Source: Abditibacterium sp.
GTDB lineage: Bacteria > Armatimonadota > Abditibacteriia > Abditibacteriales > Abditibacteriaceae
DNA: 64,000 bases
Assembly: GCA_965199495.1 (NCBI GenBank)
Contig: CBDASK010000003.1
Span: 4,256,001 to 4,320,000 of the forward strand
Direction of reading: 5' to 3'
Shown: positions 1 through 9,561 of the stretch, piece after piece
Layout of the letters: each line of letters opens with the position of its first letter
Numbering within the stretch: the stretch's first letter is position 1
Made by a program: the position numbers and the translations under genes
Notes under the pieces: generated by a model
Database searches by the model: none
The model's input: the letters and a program-made list of their open reading frames with translations, nothing else
What the model was told of the DNA's origin: nothing

Positions 1-822
1 AGACGCCATTTCTCTCTCTCCGACGTGCAGTTGCGCGTTGAATTCTATCTTGATTTCCTTGGCCGCTCCAGACTCCTGCATTTTGACATTCCATTGAGCG
101 ACGATTTCGGTAGAACCGCTCCAATCGAAGAAGCCTTTTGCGCGCGTTTGGCACGCCGGACAAAATCCGCAACCGTAGCCCCACGGATAGTGCTGCGTAT
201 GATTGCCGTTGTAGCAGGTGTGCGTATGCTGAATGATCGTTTCCGTCACGCTCAGTTCATCGGCCAACATCCACGTTTGCGATTTGCTGAGATGCATCAG
301 CGGCGTTACGATTTCCAGTTCAGAAAAGTCCATGCCCAAACGGAGCGCATTTCCCAACTGCCGGATCGTATTTTCGCGGCAGTCGGGATAGCCCGCGTGA
401 TCTTCCTGGCAGACGCCGGTGTAAACCCGCGTCGCGTTCTGCTTCATGGCGAACGCCGCCGCCAGCGTCAAAAACGCCAGATTACGGCCCGGCACGAACG
501 AAGCGGGCAAATGCGCCAATTTGGGATGCGCCTGGCTCACGTCGCCGCCCGTCACCAGAGCCGAATCGGCAAAATCGCACAAAGCGGGCACCTGCGACAC
601 GAAAAGCGGCACGTTCGCCAGTGACGCGATCTGCGCGGCGAAGCGGCCTTCGATTTCGTGCTTCTGGCCGTATTGAAAATGAATCGCGGCCACGACTTCG
701 CACTCGCGTTGCGCCAGAAACAGACACGTCGCCGAGTCTTGACCGCCGCTCAAAACGACGATGGCGCGCGGTTTGGTTTCGAGTTGAGAACCGAGTTCGG
801 GAGGAAGGGGAGAAGTAATCAT
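1..822 (-). CDS. queC: 7-cyano-7-deazaguanine synthase (partial, runs off window start)
   Basis: Hand translation from ATG at 822 (not in ORF track): AIVVLSGGQDSATCL, YGQKH, GYPDCR, TCY..GCGFCPAC; no stop before position 1. Confidence 0.93.
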   Translation of the reverse strand, partial: MITSPLPPELGSQLETKPRAIVVLSGGQDSATCLFLAQRECEVVAAIHFQYGQKHEIEGRFAAQIASLANVPLFVSQVPALCDFADSALVTGGDVSQAHPKLAHLPASFVPGRNLAFLTLAAAFAMKQNATRVYTGVCQEDHAGYPDCRENTIRQLGNALRLGMDFSELEIVTPLMHLSKSQTWMLADELSVTETIIQHTHTCYNGNHTQHYPWGYGCGFCPACQTRAKGFFDWSGSTEIVAQWNVKMQESGAAKEIKIEFNAQLHVGEREMAS

Positions 823-855
823 AGAGTGAGTTGGCAGGGAGCCATTTTTTAGCTA

Positions 856-1251
856 TCAATCGGCATCGAACGGGCGCTCTTTGGCCCAGATCGCGTCGAG
901 TTCGTCGGGACTTCGAACCACGTGAACCGTGATGCCAAATTTCTTGGCGAAAAGAGCGAACCGCTTTTGCGAATCGGTCAGAGTTCCCTTTGCGGTTTTG
1001 ACTTCGATCAGCAGGAACCGCCCACCGCGCACATCGCCTTTGAGGGCCAACACATCGGGAAAACCGGAGATCGCGTTGAGTGTGGCGATGATGTAAGTTC
1101 GGATGAGGTTGCCCGCTTTGTCCCATCCGCCGCCGCCGTTGATGCGCACCGTGAGCCAGCCGCCCGCCACCAGACGCCGGATCACCGCGCGTTGCACTTC
1201 GGCCTCGCTGGGGTTGGGCGCGCGCAGTTTGAGCGTCTTAGGTGCTTTCAT
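856..1251 (-). CDS. VRR-NUC domain nuclease
   Basis: SEAEVQRAVI...GFPDVLAL...LLIEVKTAKGTLTDSQ PD-(D/E)xK pattern; start placed at MKAPK. Confidence 0.85.
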   Translation of the reverse strand: MKAPKTLKLRAPNPSEAEVQRAVIRRLVAGGWLTVRINGGGGWDKAGNLIRTYIIATLNAISGFPDVLALKGDVRGGRFLLIEVKTAKGTLTDSQKRFALFAKKFGITVHVVRSPDELDAIWAKERPFDAD

Positions 1252-1450
1252 ATTCGTCGTCGTCCAACTCGTAGTAGCCGTGTTCCAACCGAAGTTCGGC
1301 ATCTTTGCGCCTTCGCCCAATCGGGTAAGGCGTCACTATCCGCACCCACACGCCAGCGCACTTTTCGTCCTCGTAAACCTCAATGCGCGCGCCCTCGACT
1401 AAACCGCCGCGCTTGTCGATGGTTTTGAGCAAAACGATGGTGCGGGGCAT
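1238..1450 (-). CDS. Small hypothetical phage protein
   Basis: MPRTIVLL... fills the gap between folE and VRR-NUC. Confidence 0.5.
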   Translation of the reverse strand: MPRTIVLLKTIDKRGGLVEGARIEVYEDEKCAGVWVRIVTPYPIGRRRKDAELRLEHGYYELDDDEYEST

Positions 1451-1455
1451 CGAAA

Positions 1456-2088
1456 TTAGCGCGCGGCGATCAAACTCAGCGCTTCGGCGCGCGCGGCGTG
1501 GTCGTTCTCGAAGAGTCCGCGCACTTCGCTGGTGATCATGCGGCTGTTTTGTTTGCCCACGCCGCGCGAACAGATGCAGGTATGGCGCGCGCTCAAAACG
1601 ACCATCACGCCGCGCGCGCTCAAATGGGTTTCGATGGCGTTGGCGATCTGGGCCGTCAAACGCTCCTGCACCTGCAAGCGCAGGGCAAAGCAATCGAGCA
1701 AGCGCGCCAGCTTGGAGATGCCGACGATGTTGCCCGATTCATTGGGAATATAGACGATGTGCGCCTCGCCAAAGAATGGCGCCAGATGATGCTCGCAGGT
1801 CGAGTGAAACTCCGAACCGGCCAGAATTACCATGCCGTTATAAGTGGCGGGCACCGCGTCCTGGGTGAAGTTACGCGCCAGAATCTCGTCGGAATTCTGG
1901 CCGTAGCCAGCCGTCTTTTCGGCGAACATCTTCAAGAATCGCGCGGGCGTGTCTTTGAGACCATCGCGGTAAGGGTCTTCTCCGGGAATATCAAACAACA
2001 ATTGGCGAATGCCAGTCGCCGGAACGCTTTCCTCTCGCGACGCTCGGCTTGACGCCGTGACTTCGCCGTCATCAAAATACTGGCTCAT
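1456..2088 (-). CDS. folE: GTP cyclohydrolase I
   Basis: RDGLKDTPAR, STCEHHLAPFFG, GISKLAR, LQVQERLT, HTCICSRG. Confidence 0.95.
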   Translation of the reverse strand: MSQYFDDGEVTASSRASREESVPATGIRQLLFDIPGEDPYRDGLKDTPARFLKMFAEKTAGYGQNSDEILARNFTQDAVPATYNGMVILAGSEFHSTCEHHLAPFFGEAHIVYIPNESGNIVGISKLARLLDCFALRLQVQERLTAQIANAIETHLSARGVMVVLSARHTCICSRGVGKQNSRMITSEVRGLFENDHAARAEALSLIAAR

Positions 2089-2804
2089 CAGATGCTGTCT
2101 CCTTTGGAATGTTGGCCGCCCAGTGGCACCGGCGGCGCGCTACGCGGATCGAGCGCGTCGCACTTGTAGTTTTTGTGGAGTTGCCATCCGGCGCGCACGA
2201 TGCTGTCACCGCAGGGATAAGCGGACTTCACGGTTTCGGTAATCAATCGCAGAATTTTGGGGTTGTTGCGCTGGCTCCATTCGGGATGCAGCCACACGCT
2301 CTTGCGGCGTGCGCTTCGATAAATCAACGATAAATCGCGTTCCAATGACTCGGCGCTCTCAACGATGATTTTGAATTCATGGGCCGCGTCATTATTCTCA
2401 TGGCACGGCGGGGCGCCCGCGCCTTTGGGCGACAGCGTGATCCAGTCGAAAGCGTCAAGTAAACGGCGACTCATCGGGCGATGGCCCGCTGTTTCCAGAT
2501 GGACACGACGCCCAATTCGGTGTAGCTCGCTCACCAGTGGCTCCAGATCGTAGAGCGTCGGCTCGCCGCCCGTCAACACCACAAATGCCCGCTTCGACGA
2601 TTCCATATTGACGTGATCGGCGATGTCGCGCTCGGTTAATCGGCGCGCGTTCGCGGGTTTCCAGTCGGGGTGCCATGTCGCGGCGGCATCACAAAATTCG
2701 CAACGCTGGTCGCAACCCATCAAGCGCACGAAGTAGGCCGCGCGGCCCATGTGGTCGCCCTCACCCTGGAACGCGCCGAACGTTTCCTGCACGTTAAAAA
2801 TCAT
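2088..2804 (-). CDS. queE: 7-carboxy-7-deazaguanine synthase (radical SAM)
   Basis: FQGEG, FVRLMGCDQRCEFCD (CxxxCxxC), LTGGEP, LETAG, WITLSPK, WQLHK. Confidence 0.93.
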   Translation of the reverse strand: MIFNVQETFGAFQGEGDHMGRAAYFVRLMGCDQRCEFCDAAATWHPDWKPANARRLTERDIADHVNMESSKRAFVVLTGGEPTLYDLEPLVSELHRIGRRVHLETAGHRPMSRRLLDAFDWITLSPKGAGAPPCHENNDAAHEFKIIVESAESLERDLSLIYRSARRKSVWLHPEWSQRNNPKILRLITETVKSAYPCGDSIVRAGWQLHKNYKCDALDPRSAPPVPLGGQHSKGDSI

Positions 2805-3163
2805 GAGGATTCCTCATACTCGACCCAAGTTTTAGGCGTCTCACTCACGCGCAACTTTACTAATTCGGGAAACATCTTTCGGGCGACGTGAAACAAAACA
2901 CAGGCTAGCATCTCCGTCGTCGGGTTGGTTTCGTCGAAAGGCGGAATGTCGTTGAGCGTTCGATGATCGAACTTCTCATCCAAAATCTGCTTGAAGCGGT
3001 CGAGGTCGCGAAATGGGCGCACGAAGCCAATATCGTCCAGATATTCAGATCGCAGCACCAGCACGACGATATAATTGTGGCCATGCATACGAGAACAGGC
3101 CGAGTCGTCGTCGCGCAAATAATGCGACGCACAAAAATGAAATTCTTTTTCAATGGTGAACAT
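2801..3163 (-). CDS. queD: 6-carboxytetrahydropterin synthase
   Basis: FHFCASH, CSRMHGHNY, FDHRTLND, NPTTE, VSETP; start at MFTIEK. Confidence 0.93.
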   Translation of the reverse strand: MFTIEKEFHFCASHYLRDDDSACSRMHGHNYIVVLVLRSEYLDDIGFVRPFRDLDRFKQILDEKFDHRTLNDIPPFDETNPTTEMLACVLFHVARKMFPELVKLRVSETPKTWVEYEESS

Positions 3164-3174
3164 AAGCAGAGTAT

Positions 3175-4029
3175 TTACTGAATCAAGGCCTCGATTTTGG
3201 CGATCAGTTGCTCGACGCTCATCGGTTTGACCCAGACCTCGCCGTTGAGTTCGCCGGTCACGATTTCGCCCGACGCGGTAAAGAGCGCCGCGCAAATCGG
3301 ATCGCCGCCCGCGCGGATGATTTTTAGCACGTCCAGCCCGGTCTCGTGCGGCATCGAATAATCGAGCAACAGAACGTCGAAAGGTTTACCGACGGCGCGC
3401 GAGCGGTTGTAAGCGGAGAGCGCGGCGCGCCCGTCGGGCGCCGTCTCAACGATGGCTCCGGACTGTTCCAGCGCCATTTTGAAAACTTCGAGCGAATCGG
3501 GTGCATCGTCGGCGAACAGAATCCGGCAACCTCGAATCGAGCGGCGGCCAGTCACGGCGGGATTGTGCAGCAGGTCGTCCACTTCGTGATGGTCTTTGTC
3601 GAGGTCGTCGGCCTGGGTCTGCCATTCGGGATTGCCCGCGCGCATCATCTTGAAAATTTCGCGCGTGCGAAAGCGGTAGACCGCAAAAGCGAACTTGACG
3701 GCTTCGAGGTCGCGCCGCGTGCGTTCGATTTCGCGCCGAGTCTGGTCGCCGCGCGCCCGCAATCCGTCGATCTGCTCGCGCTGTTCGGCTTCCTGCGTGG
3801 CAGCTTCGGCTTTGATGGCCTTGATCTCATCGCGTAGCTCAGCCTCCTGAGTCGCGGCCTCGGTCTTGATTTCCTTGATCTCGCCGCGCAGTTCGAGGCG
3901 AAACTTGCCCAGTTCATCGAGCTTTTTGCCGTCGTTTTCGCCACGGTTCTTGAGCCACTGCGCCAGCGCCGCGCCGAGGCCCAACGCGCCCACGATGGAG
4001 CCGCCGATTTGTCCGATGTCGTAAGCCAT
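3175..4029 (-). CDS. Membrane-anchored coiled-coil protein fused to a response-regulator receiver domain
   Basis: N-terminal hydrophobic helix, coiled coil, then ILFADD...LLLDYSMP..TG..FTA...KP. Confidence 0.8.
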   Translation of the reverse strand: MAYDIGQIGGSIVGALGLGAALAQWLKNRGENDGKKLDELGKFRLELRGEIKEIKTEAATQEAELRDEIKAIKAEAATQEAEQREQIDGLRARGDQTRREIERTRRDLEAVKFAFAVYRFRTREIFKMMRAGNPEWQTQADDLDKDHHEVDDLLHNPAVTGRRSIRGCRILFADDAPDSLEVFKMALEQSGAIVETAPDGRAALSAYNRSRAVGKPFDVLLLDYSMPHETGLDVLKIIRAGGDPICAALFTASGEIVTGELNGEVWVKPMSVEQLIAKIEALIQ

Positions 4030-4464
4030 TTAAATGTCGCTGTGCAGATCTGCCTCGACCTCTGCGCGCAAATCGCGCGGCGAAGCCAGAGTTTGGCGCG
4101 CGCTCTGGGCGCGCGCCTGTTCGTAAATCACCATCAGGCCGCAGTAGACTACGACCGCCGAAAGCGCGCCCGCGATTTGTCGAGGGTCGCTTAATACGAG
4201 CAAAGTCGAAAGCGCCAGCCAGTGCCCGATATTGGCCCACAGCACGGTTTTCCACAAGCGTGAAGGCGCGTTCCAGTAGCTACAGCAAAGCAGGGCTACG
4301 CCGGTAAGAACAGCCCAGATGCCCCAGAACGCCGTCGGCACATAACGCGTAAACGCGTAAACCGCCAGGCCCACTTGCGGCTGGTCGAAGCTGACCAACA
4401 AAGCGCCGCGCACCAACGAAAACAGCGCCAACAAACGCGCCAGAGAACGCGCATTCTGTTCCAT
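4030..4464 (-). CDS. Multi-pass membrane protein (holin-like)
   Basis: About 4 hydrophobic helices; located in lysis region. Confidence 0.55.
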   Translation of the reverse strand: MEQNARSLARLLALFSLVRGALLVSFDQPQVGLAVYAFTRYVPTAFWGIWAVLTGVALLCCSYWNAPSRLWKTVLWANIGHWLALSTLLVLSDPRQIAGALSAVVVYCGLMVIYEQARAQSARQTLASPRDLRAEVEADLHSDI

Positions 4465-4865
4465 TAAGACACCTCCAAGACTTTTTTACGCGCCATTTTC
4501 TTGCGTTGTTTTGCGTTGAGATGAGGCTTTGCAATCGCCAAACGCGCGACTTCCCCCGTGACTAACTCGCGCATTTCGGGCGTGAAGGTTCGCTCAATCT
4601 GGGCGCGTGGCTCCGGCACGAACGAATGGTTCAGCGATGCACCGGCGACGCCGTTCGAGGGCTGATACTCTTGGGCGAATGCCTGACAGAGCGCGGCCAA
4701 ACCGATCAGGCCTGAGAATTGAAGGCGACGATTCATTGGCTTTCCTCGCTGTCCAATATTTCCGCGAAAGCCGCCCAAGTTCACCAAAATCGCGCGCAGA
4801 TGCACGAAACTGTTGATGAGCGATTCGCTGAATTTGGCGCGCGTCTTATTCAGTCGTTGCGTCAC
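4464..4865 (-). CDS. Hypothetical phage protein
   Basis: Overlaps both neighbours by 1-4 nt. Confidence 0.5.
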   Translation of the reverse strand: MTQRLNKTRAKFSESLINSFVHLRAILVNLGGFRGNIGQRGKPMNRRLQFSGLIGLAALCQAFAQEYQPSNGVAGASLNHSFVPEPRAQIERTFTPEMRELVTGEVARLAIAKPHLNAKQRKKMARKKVLEVS

Positions 4866-5821
4866 AGGAGCACCTCGTCCTTGGCCTGTGTCGTTGGCGT
4901 GGGCTTCGACACCACCAGCAAGCGCGCGCGGTTATCCACGTCCAACTTCAAGCCCGAAAACGCCACCAGTTCTCGCACCGGCGCGTAACCCTGATTCTGG
5001 CCTTTCAGGTTAATCAGCCGAATCGGCACCGCACGCAGTTGCCCGCTTGCATCGGGTAGCGCCAGTTTGCGACCCTGCACCCAGAGCGAGCTATCTTCGG
5101 GCATCCACTTCACTTGCTGCACGCCCTCTTTATCACGCGTCAGTCCCAGCATCTCGAACCACGGGCGCACCGGCACCCACGAAGTCCCATCAATGGCCGG
5201 ACAGTCCCACTCGCGCTCGCGCCCGCCCGCATTCACATGATAAACTGTGCCGAATTGATCGGCCACAGGCGCGGGCGCTTTGGGCGCGAGCGGCGGAAGC
5301 GGCGGTTTCGGGCCGTTCTTGTTCGACCAGAGCCAGAGCGCGCGAATGTAGGCGTCCTGCTCTGGCCCGGCGGTATAAAACTTTTCGAGTGCATGACCGA
5401 CTAACCCGGTGCGGTTGTTCAGAAAGTCGTGGGTTTGATCGTCAAGTTCGTCCTTCATGGGCAAACCGGCATAAACGCCGTGGATATGAAAGTTCGGTTT
5501 GCCGCTCGAATACCAAGGCCGATACCAGGCTGCAAAGCCCCACCACGCCAAATACGACAGCCAAGATTTGATCTGCGCGGTCGTCAGCCACAAAACCGAC
5601 AAGTCCACCGCTGCGCAGTAGGGCACGCGCGCGTTGCCAACCGACACGAAACCATCGCGCGCATGAAAACCGGCGCTCGCCTTGGCGTTGCCAATCGTTT
5701 GCGTCAGGCGCCCTTTCGGATGCTGTATCAGGTCAATGGCCGCGCCATCGGCGGAGAGCTTGAACGCGTTGAAGGCCGCGGGTGCCATGCCATAGGGCAA
5801 TTTGTTGGGATCGAAAGCCAT
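4862..5821 (-). CDS. Probable endolysin (M15/LAS-type Zn peptidase plus copper-amine-oxidase-N-like wall domain)
   Basis: H..AVDL..HIH metal-ligand pattern, Pro-rich linker, WVPVR/YAPVRE repeats. Confidence 0.65.
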   Translation of the reverse strand: MAFDPNKLPYGMAPAAFNAFKLSADGAAIDLIQHPKGRLTQTIGNAKASAGFHARDGFVSVGNARVPYCAAVDLSVLWLTTAQIKSWLSYLAWWGFAAWYRPWYSSGKPNFHIHGVYAGLPMKDELDDQTHDFLNNRTGLVGHALEKFYTAGPEQDAYIRALWLWSNKNGPKPPLPPLAPKAPAPVADQFGTVYHVNAGGREREWDCPAIDGTSWVPVRPWFEMLGLTRDKEGVQQVKWMPEDSSLWVQGRKLALPDASGQLRAVPIRLINLKGQNQGYAPVRELVAFSGLKLDVDNRARLLVVSKPTPTTQAKDEVLL

Positions 5822-5824
5822 AAA

Positions 5825-6406
5825 TTAAACACCTCCCGACAGCAAAGCCGCTGGCGAAGGCGCAACACCTTCGGGCGCGAGCGTGGGCGAACCTTCGCCC
5901 AGATCGAACAGCGGGCGCGGCGCGCTCGTTGGAGCGCCGATATTGAAATCGCGGATGTCCAGACCTGTTCGCCGTTGCAGTTCGTCCGCAGCCACGTTGA
6001 TGCCCGCCGTTTGTAGCGCGACTTGAGCGCCTTTGCTATCGCCAGCCAAAATCGCCGTCGCGACCGGCGTCAGTTGCGCTGCGGCTTCGCCCAAAGGCGT
6101 GGCTGCTGTTGCGATACCGGGCGTCAGTTGCGCATCAATTTTGGCCTTGGTCTTCATCAGCCCGCTCCAAAACGTCGTGCCGCCCGAACCGCCGACGACC
6201 AGCGTGAGCGCCGCACTACAAGCCGCGCGAAAGAACTCGGCGTCTTCGGGCGTCAACAGGCGGCGTGCGATCCAGAGCAGGGCGATCACGTAGAACGGCC
6301 CTAACAACGCCGAAATCAGAAAGATGCGCCCGTAGGACGTGTTGAGAGTGCCTTTGATGGCCTCGGTGATATTCTCGGTTTTAGTAGTATTCTCGGTTTT
6401 CGTCAT
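5825..6406 (-). CDS. Holin-like membrane protein
   Basis: Two hydrophobic helices, immediately upstream of the endolysin candidate. Confidence 0.5.
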   Translation of the reverse strand: MTKTENTTKTENITEAIKGTLNTSYGRIFLISALLGPFYVIALLWIARRLLTPEDAEFFRAACSAALTLVVGGSGGTTFWSGLMKTKAKIDAQLTPGIATAATPLGEAAAQLTPVATAILAGDSKGAQVALQTAGINVAADELQRRTGLDIRDFNIGAPTSAPRPLFDLGEGSPTLAPEGVAPSPAALLSGGV

Positions 6407-6410
6407 TTGA

Positions 6411-6623
6411 TTATCTCGGACCTGGTGGCGGATTAGAATTGGTCGAAAGTCGCGGCACGCGAACCTTATCTTTGCAGCGCTCTTCGTGTTCTCGTAAGGC
6501 TAAACGCGCTATGCGATACCCACAATGCTGACAGGCTCGACAGCAGGCAATTCGATGCATGATTTTCCCTCGTGACGCATGGCAGGGGCAGTGACATTTT
6601 TCGGTGACGTAAAGATCGTTCAT
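6411..6623 (-). CDS. Small Cys/His-rich protein
   Basis: CHCPCH..CC..C..C..H...C. Confidence 0.5.
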   Translation of the reverse strand: MNDLYVTEKCHCPCHASRGKIMHRIACCRACQHCGYRIARLALREHEERCKDKVRVPRLSTNSNPPPGPR

Positions 6624-6690
6624 GAAAAAAAATCAAACGGTTGCGCGCGTTTAGGTTCCTCGTGGGTTCCAACTCCGCCGCGCTCACGCA

Positions 6691-6984
6691 TTAAATCTGC
6701 GAAGGCGCATGGTAAGCGCGCTTCTCTTCTTCGGCAAAGCGCCAGTAACGGCCATGCGCGCCCGCATCACTCGCGTGGCTGACCGAGCCTTCGCGTAGTA
6801 TTTGGCGCCCGTAGGTATCGGTGCGCGATTCATCACTGCTGACAAAAGTCAGGTTCAGCATTGGGCACGAACCGCCTGCGGGCGCCCCCCAGACTGCCGT
6901 CACGAGCGCGGCATGATCGGTGCCGTGGGTATCGGCATAAATCACGGCATCGCCGACTTCGATTTGTTGATCTTCCATATTCAC
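6691..6984 (-). CDS. Hypothetical phage protein
   Basis: GGAGG RBS; 97 aa ORF. Confidence 0.6.
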   Translation of the reverse strand: MNMEDQQIEVGDAVIYADTHGTDHAALVTAVWGAPAGGSCPMLNLTFVSSDESRTDTYGRQILREGSVSHASDAGAHGRYWRFAEEEKRAYHAPSQI

Positions 6985-7025
6985 CTCCCTTGAAAATTTA
7001 CGCGTTTAACGTCCGCGCAGACCAG

Positions 7026-7096
7026 CACCGGAGGCCAGAATCGAACTGACATCAATGGCTTTGGAGGCCAACGCTCTCCCTTTGAACTACCCCGGC
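7026..7096 (-). tRNA. tRNA-Trp (CCA), phage-encoded, no encoded 3' CCA
   Basis: Acceptor GCCGGGG/CTCCGGT, D arm GTTC-AAAGGGA-GAGC, anticodon loop CTCCAAA, T arm GTCAG-TTCGATT-CTGGC. Confidence 0.85.
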
Positions 7097-7107
7097 TCTT
7101 CGCATGA

Positions 7108-7416
7108 TCAATACCGGCTTTTGACCACGCCCAATTTCTCCAGATCGGAGCGGTCGAGCAGATAGCTCTCGCTCTTGTCTATGTGGTCTCCGATGAAATC
7201 CATCTCCATCGCGGCATTTTGATGGACTTGCTGCCGGTCTTTGAACGCCTTTTTGGGATCGCCGCCGGTGTATTCCATGCCCTCGATGTCGTTGGCTTCC
7301 GCCGAAGCGATTTGTTGCTCGTAAACCTGCACGCGCGCGCGATGGTGATCCGCCTGTTTCTGGCAAAGTTGGCACAGTTCTTCGCCGCCGATGGTGACTT
7401 TGAGTCCTAGAATCAT
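7108..7416 (-). CDS. Hypothetical phage protein
   Basis: 102 aa ORF; layout (leading hydrophobic segment, EL.., ending in YLLD..E/DL) resembles 32119..32472. Confidence 0.6.
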   Translation of the reverse strand: MILGLKVTIGGEELCQLCQKQADHHRARVQVYEQQIASAEANDIEGMEYTGGDPKKAFKDRQQVHQNAAMEMDFIGDHIDKSESYLLDRSDLEKLGVVKSRY

Positions 7417-7471
7417 GATGTTTTTCTCTCGACTTGCTTAATTCATTATACCGCGTCAATTAGTTACGTAA

Positions 7472-7777
7472 CTATTTTTCCACTTTCGACTTACTGCTCT
7501 TCGACGCCTTTTTTGTTGGCTTTTCTTCTACCATAGGAGACGGCGCCTCCTCAATGACGATCTCGAACGCTGTCGCTGCTTCGATTACGGCACGCGCTTC
7601 CAAAGCCGCTTCGCTCAACTTCTCCGCCATGAAGGCGGCGCTCCCCGCGTCCATCGCACCCGTCAGCAGAATCGTTTCGATCTGCGCGTAAACGTTATCG
7701 TCGGGCGCCGTGCCCGCCAGATGATAGCCGCGCGCTTGCAGCGCCGTCAACGGGACGAGAATAGGGGTGGAATCCAT
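7472..7777 (-). CDS. Hypothetical phage protein
   Basis: 101 aa ORF with Lys-rich tail. Confidence 0.55.
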   Translation of the reverse strand: MDSTPILVPLTALQARGYHLAGTAPDDNVYAQIETILLTGAMDAGSAAFMAEKLSEAALEARAVIEAATAFEIVIEEAPSPMVEEKPTKKASKSSKSKVEK

Positions 7778-7835
7778 GCCCTTGGTTTACTAAATAGTAA
7801 AGTAACGAGTCGGGGCATCCATAAACTTTCGCGGC

Positions 7836-8024
7836 GTGAGCAAACGCACCAATGACATCAAACAGGATCGCAGACGTCGGGAAAGACACTGTAAAATTTG
7901 CGACCACGATTGGCTGAAACGTCGCAAGTCTGGCGAACCGAAAGTCTGTCCTAATTGCAAAAATACCAACTGGGATTTAGGGCGAACCAGAGCCGAGCCT
8001 AAACCCTACAAACCCAAAGAATAG
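7836..8024 (+). CDS. Small zinc-ribbon protein
   Basis: HCKICDHDWLKR...PKVCPNCKNTNWD. Confidence 0.65.
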   Translation: MSKRTNDIKQDRRRRERHCKICDHDWLKRRKSGEPKVCPNCKNTNWDLGRTRAEPKPYKPKE

Positions 8025-8054
8025 GGCCGCTCGCGAAATGCGAGCGGCCCTATT
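8020..8054. terminator. Hairpin between convergent genes
   Basis: AATAGGGCCGCTCGC-gaaat-GCGAGCGGCCCTATT. Confidence 0.7.
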
Positions 8055-8792
8055 TCATTTCTGCATTTCGCCCAGCCAACTGTCGTAAACCCGCAGTATC
8101 TCGTCGCCGCTCTCCCATTCGATGAATTCCACCGCGAAAAAGGAGCGCCAGAGGCTCGCCGCCTGTTGCCACGACAGTTCGACGTGGCGATGTTGCGCCA
8201 GTAACTCCGCCATCTGCTCGCCCGCTTCTTGATCGCTCTCTTGCCAGTTGTAACCGCGAGACCGCCCCCAGCGCCGCTCGAACGCGAGTTGCGCCTCGGC
8301 TTTGTTCGCCCGCGCGCGCCACTCGCCCACCATGCGCGCGGGCGTCTTGCCCATGATCGGCTTGATGATGACTTCCATCGGCAACTGCCCGGCTTCTTTG
8401 AGTTCAAAGTGCATCTCATGCGCGAGGTAATTGGGCGCGCCGCTCAGTTCAAAATGGCGCGCAAACGCTGCAGCGAACGGCACGACGAACACGCTTTTCA
8501 ACTGCGCATCCATCGCGCCATTGCGGATGCTGAGAGCGATGTCACGCAGCGACCGCTCGTATTCTTCCTCGGTTCGCTTGAGCAGCAATCGTTCATTTTC
8601 GATGCTCAGCCATTCGACGAGCGCGATCAGCGATTTACAATCTTGTTGGTTTAGCGGAGTGGCGTTGGCGCTGATGCCGTATTGCGCAGCGCGCGCTTTG
8701 ATCGCCTCGAACTCTTCGGGCGTCATCGGCGCGGGCGTAGCCTCTGGGACGTTTTCGGTCTGCTCATTGGTGGATTTTCCTTGATTATTCAT
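8055..8792 (-). CDS. Hypothetical phage protein
   Basis: 245 aa ORF coupled to upstream gene. Confidence 0.6.
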   Translation of the reverse strand: MNNQGKSTNEQTENVPEATPAPMTPEEFEAIKARAAQYGISANATPLNQQDCKSLIALVEWLSIENERLLLKRTEEEYERSLRDIALSIRNGAMDAQLKSVFVVPFAAAFARHFELSGAPNYLAHEMHFELKEAGQLPMEVIIKPIMGKTPARMVGEWRARANKAEAQLAFERRWGRSRGYNWQESDQEAGEQMAELLAQHRHVELSWQQAASLWRSFFAVEFIEWESGDEILRVYDSWLGEMQK

Positions 8793-9561
8793 CGGTTTTG
8801 GTCGCCTCTGGCACTTTCAGGACGTTTTGGGTGCGCCAAGACTGGAGCCACGAGAGCGTAAGCAAATCGGCTGCGTAGGTTTTACCCTGCTCCAAAGTCA
8901 ATAGCCACGATCCACCCAAATAAAACTCTTCGTGTTCCTCCTCGGAAAATTCATCGAACACGCCGTCGCCCCAATCGCGCGATTCGTCGTTCAATTTACA
9001 CCCCAGTTTTGGCATCTCGAACATATATCCATGCTGCCAAAACTCGTATCTGTGGGAAGTCAGCGCGCGCTCCAATCCGTCGGCAAACTCGAAAACCGTT
9101 TCATCGCGGCGCGCAAAGAAGTCGAGGAAGGCGTGAAACGGTTTTTCAATATGGTCGAAGTCCGAGTGGGTGTCGCTGCCACAACCATCCCACCATCCGC
9201 CTTCACCATACCAAAAGATATGCTCGCACATATGCTCTTTGTGATGGGAAGTGTTGCAGACAGTGCAGAATTCGTAATCCTCTGAGCATCGATTACACAA
9301 GCCCGCGTGAATTTCCATTTCGCCATCCAAGACATCCGTCTCCTCACACTCGCGGCAACGCACGATGCCTTGCCGCCGCAAAGCGCGGTTGCCTTTTCCA
9401 CGATATTTGCTATCGCTCAAGCGTCTCACGTTGTCGCACACACGCCCCGCAGTGTTCCATCGGTGACGTTCGTCGTTGGTAATTTCGCGCCACGAGTGAA
9501 CGGCGCGCGCGCTTTGCAGCATTTCAAACCGATGCAGTAGCGTTATTGGTTTACGAAACAT
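8785..9561 (-). CDS. Cys-rich hypothetical phage protein
   Basis: Start placed at MFRKPI; CxxC pairs. Confidence 0.55.
   Translation of the reverse strand: MFRKPITLLHRFEMLQSARAVHSWREITNDERHRWNTAGRVCDNVRRLSDSKYRGKGNRALRRQGIVRCRECEETDVLDGEMEIHAGLCNRCSEDYEFCTVCNTSHHKEHMCEHIFWYGEGGWWDGCGSDTHSDFDHIEKPFHAFLDFFARRDETVFEFADGLERALTSHRYEFWQHGYMFEMPKLGCKLNDESRDWGDGVFDEFSEEEHEEFYLGGSWLLTLEQGKTYAADLLTLSWLQSWRTQNVLKVPEATKTDE

Noticed and set aside
25..1126. ORFs 25..624 (+) and 482..1126 (-)
   Set aside because: Shadow frames of queC and the VRR-NUC gene
6637..6690. tRNA-like GGTTCCAACTCC segment
   Set aside because: No cloverleaf could be built around it
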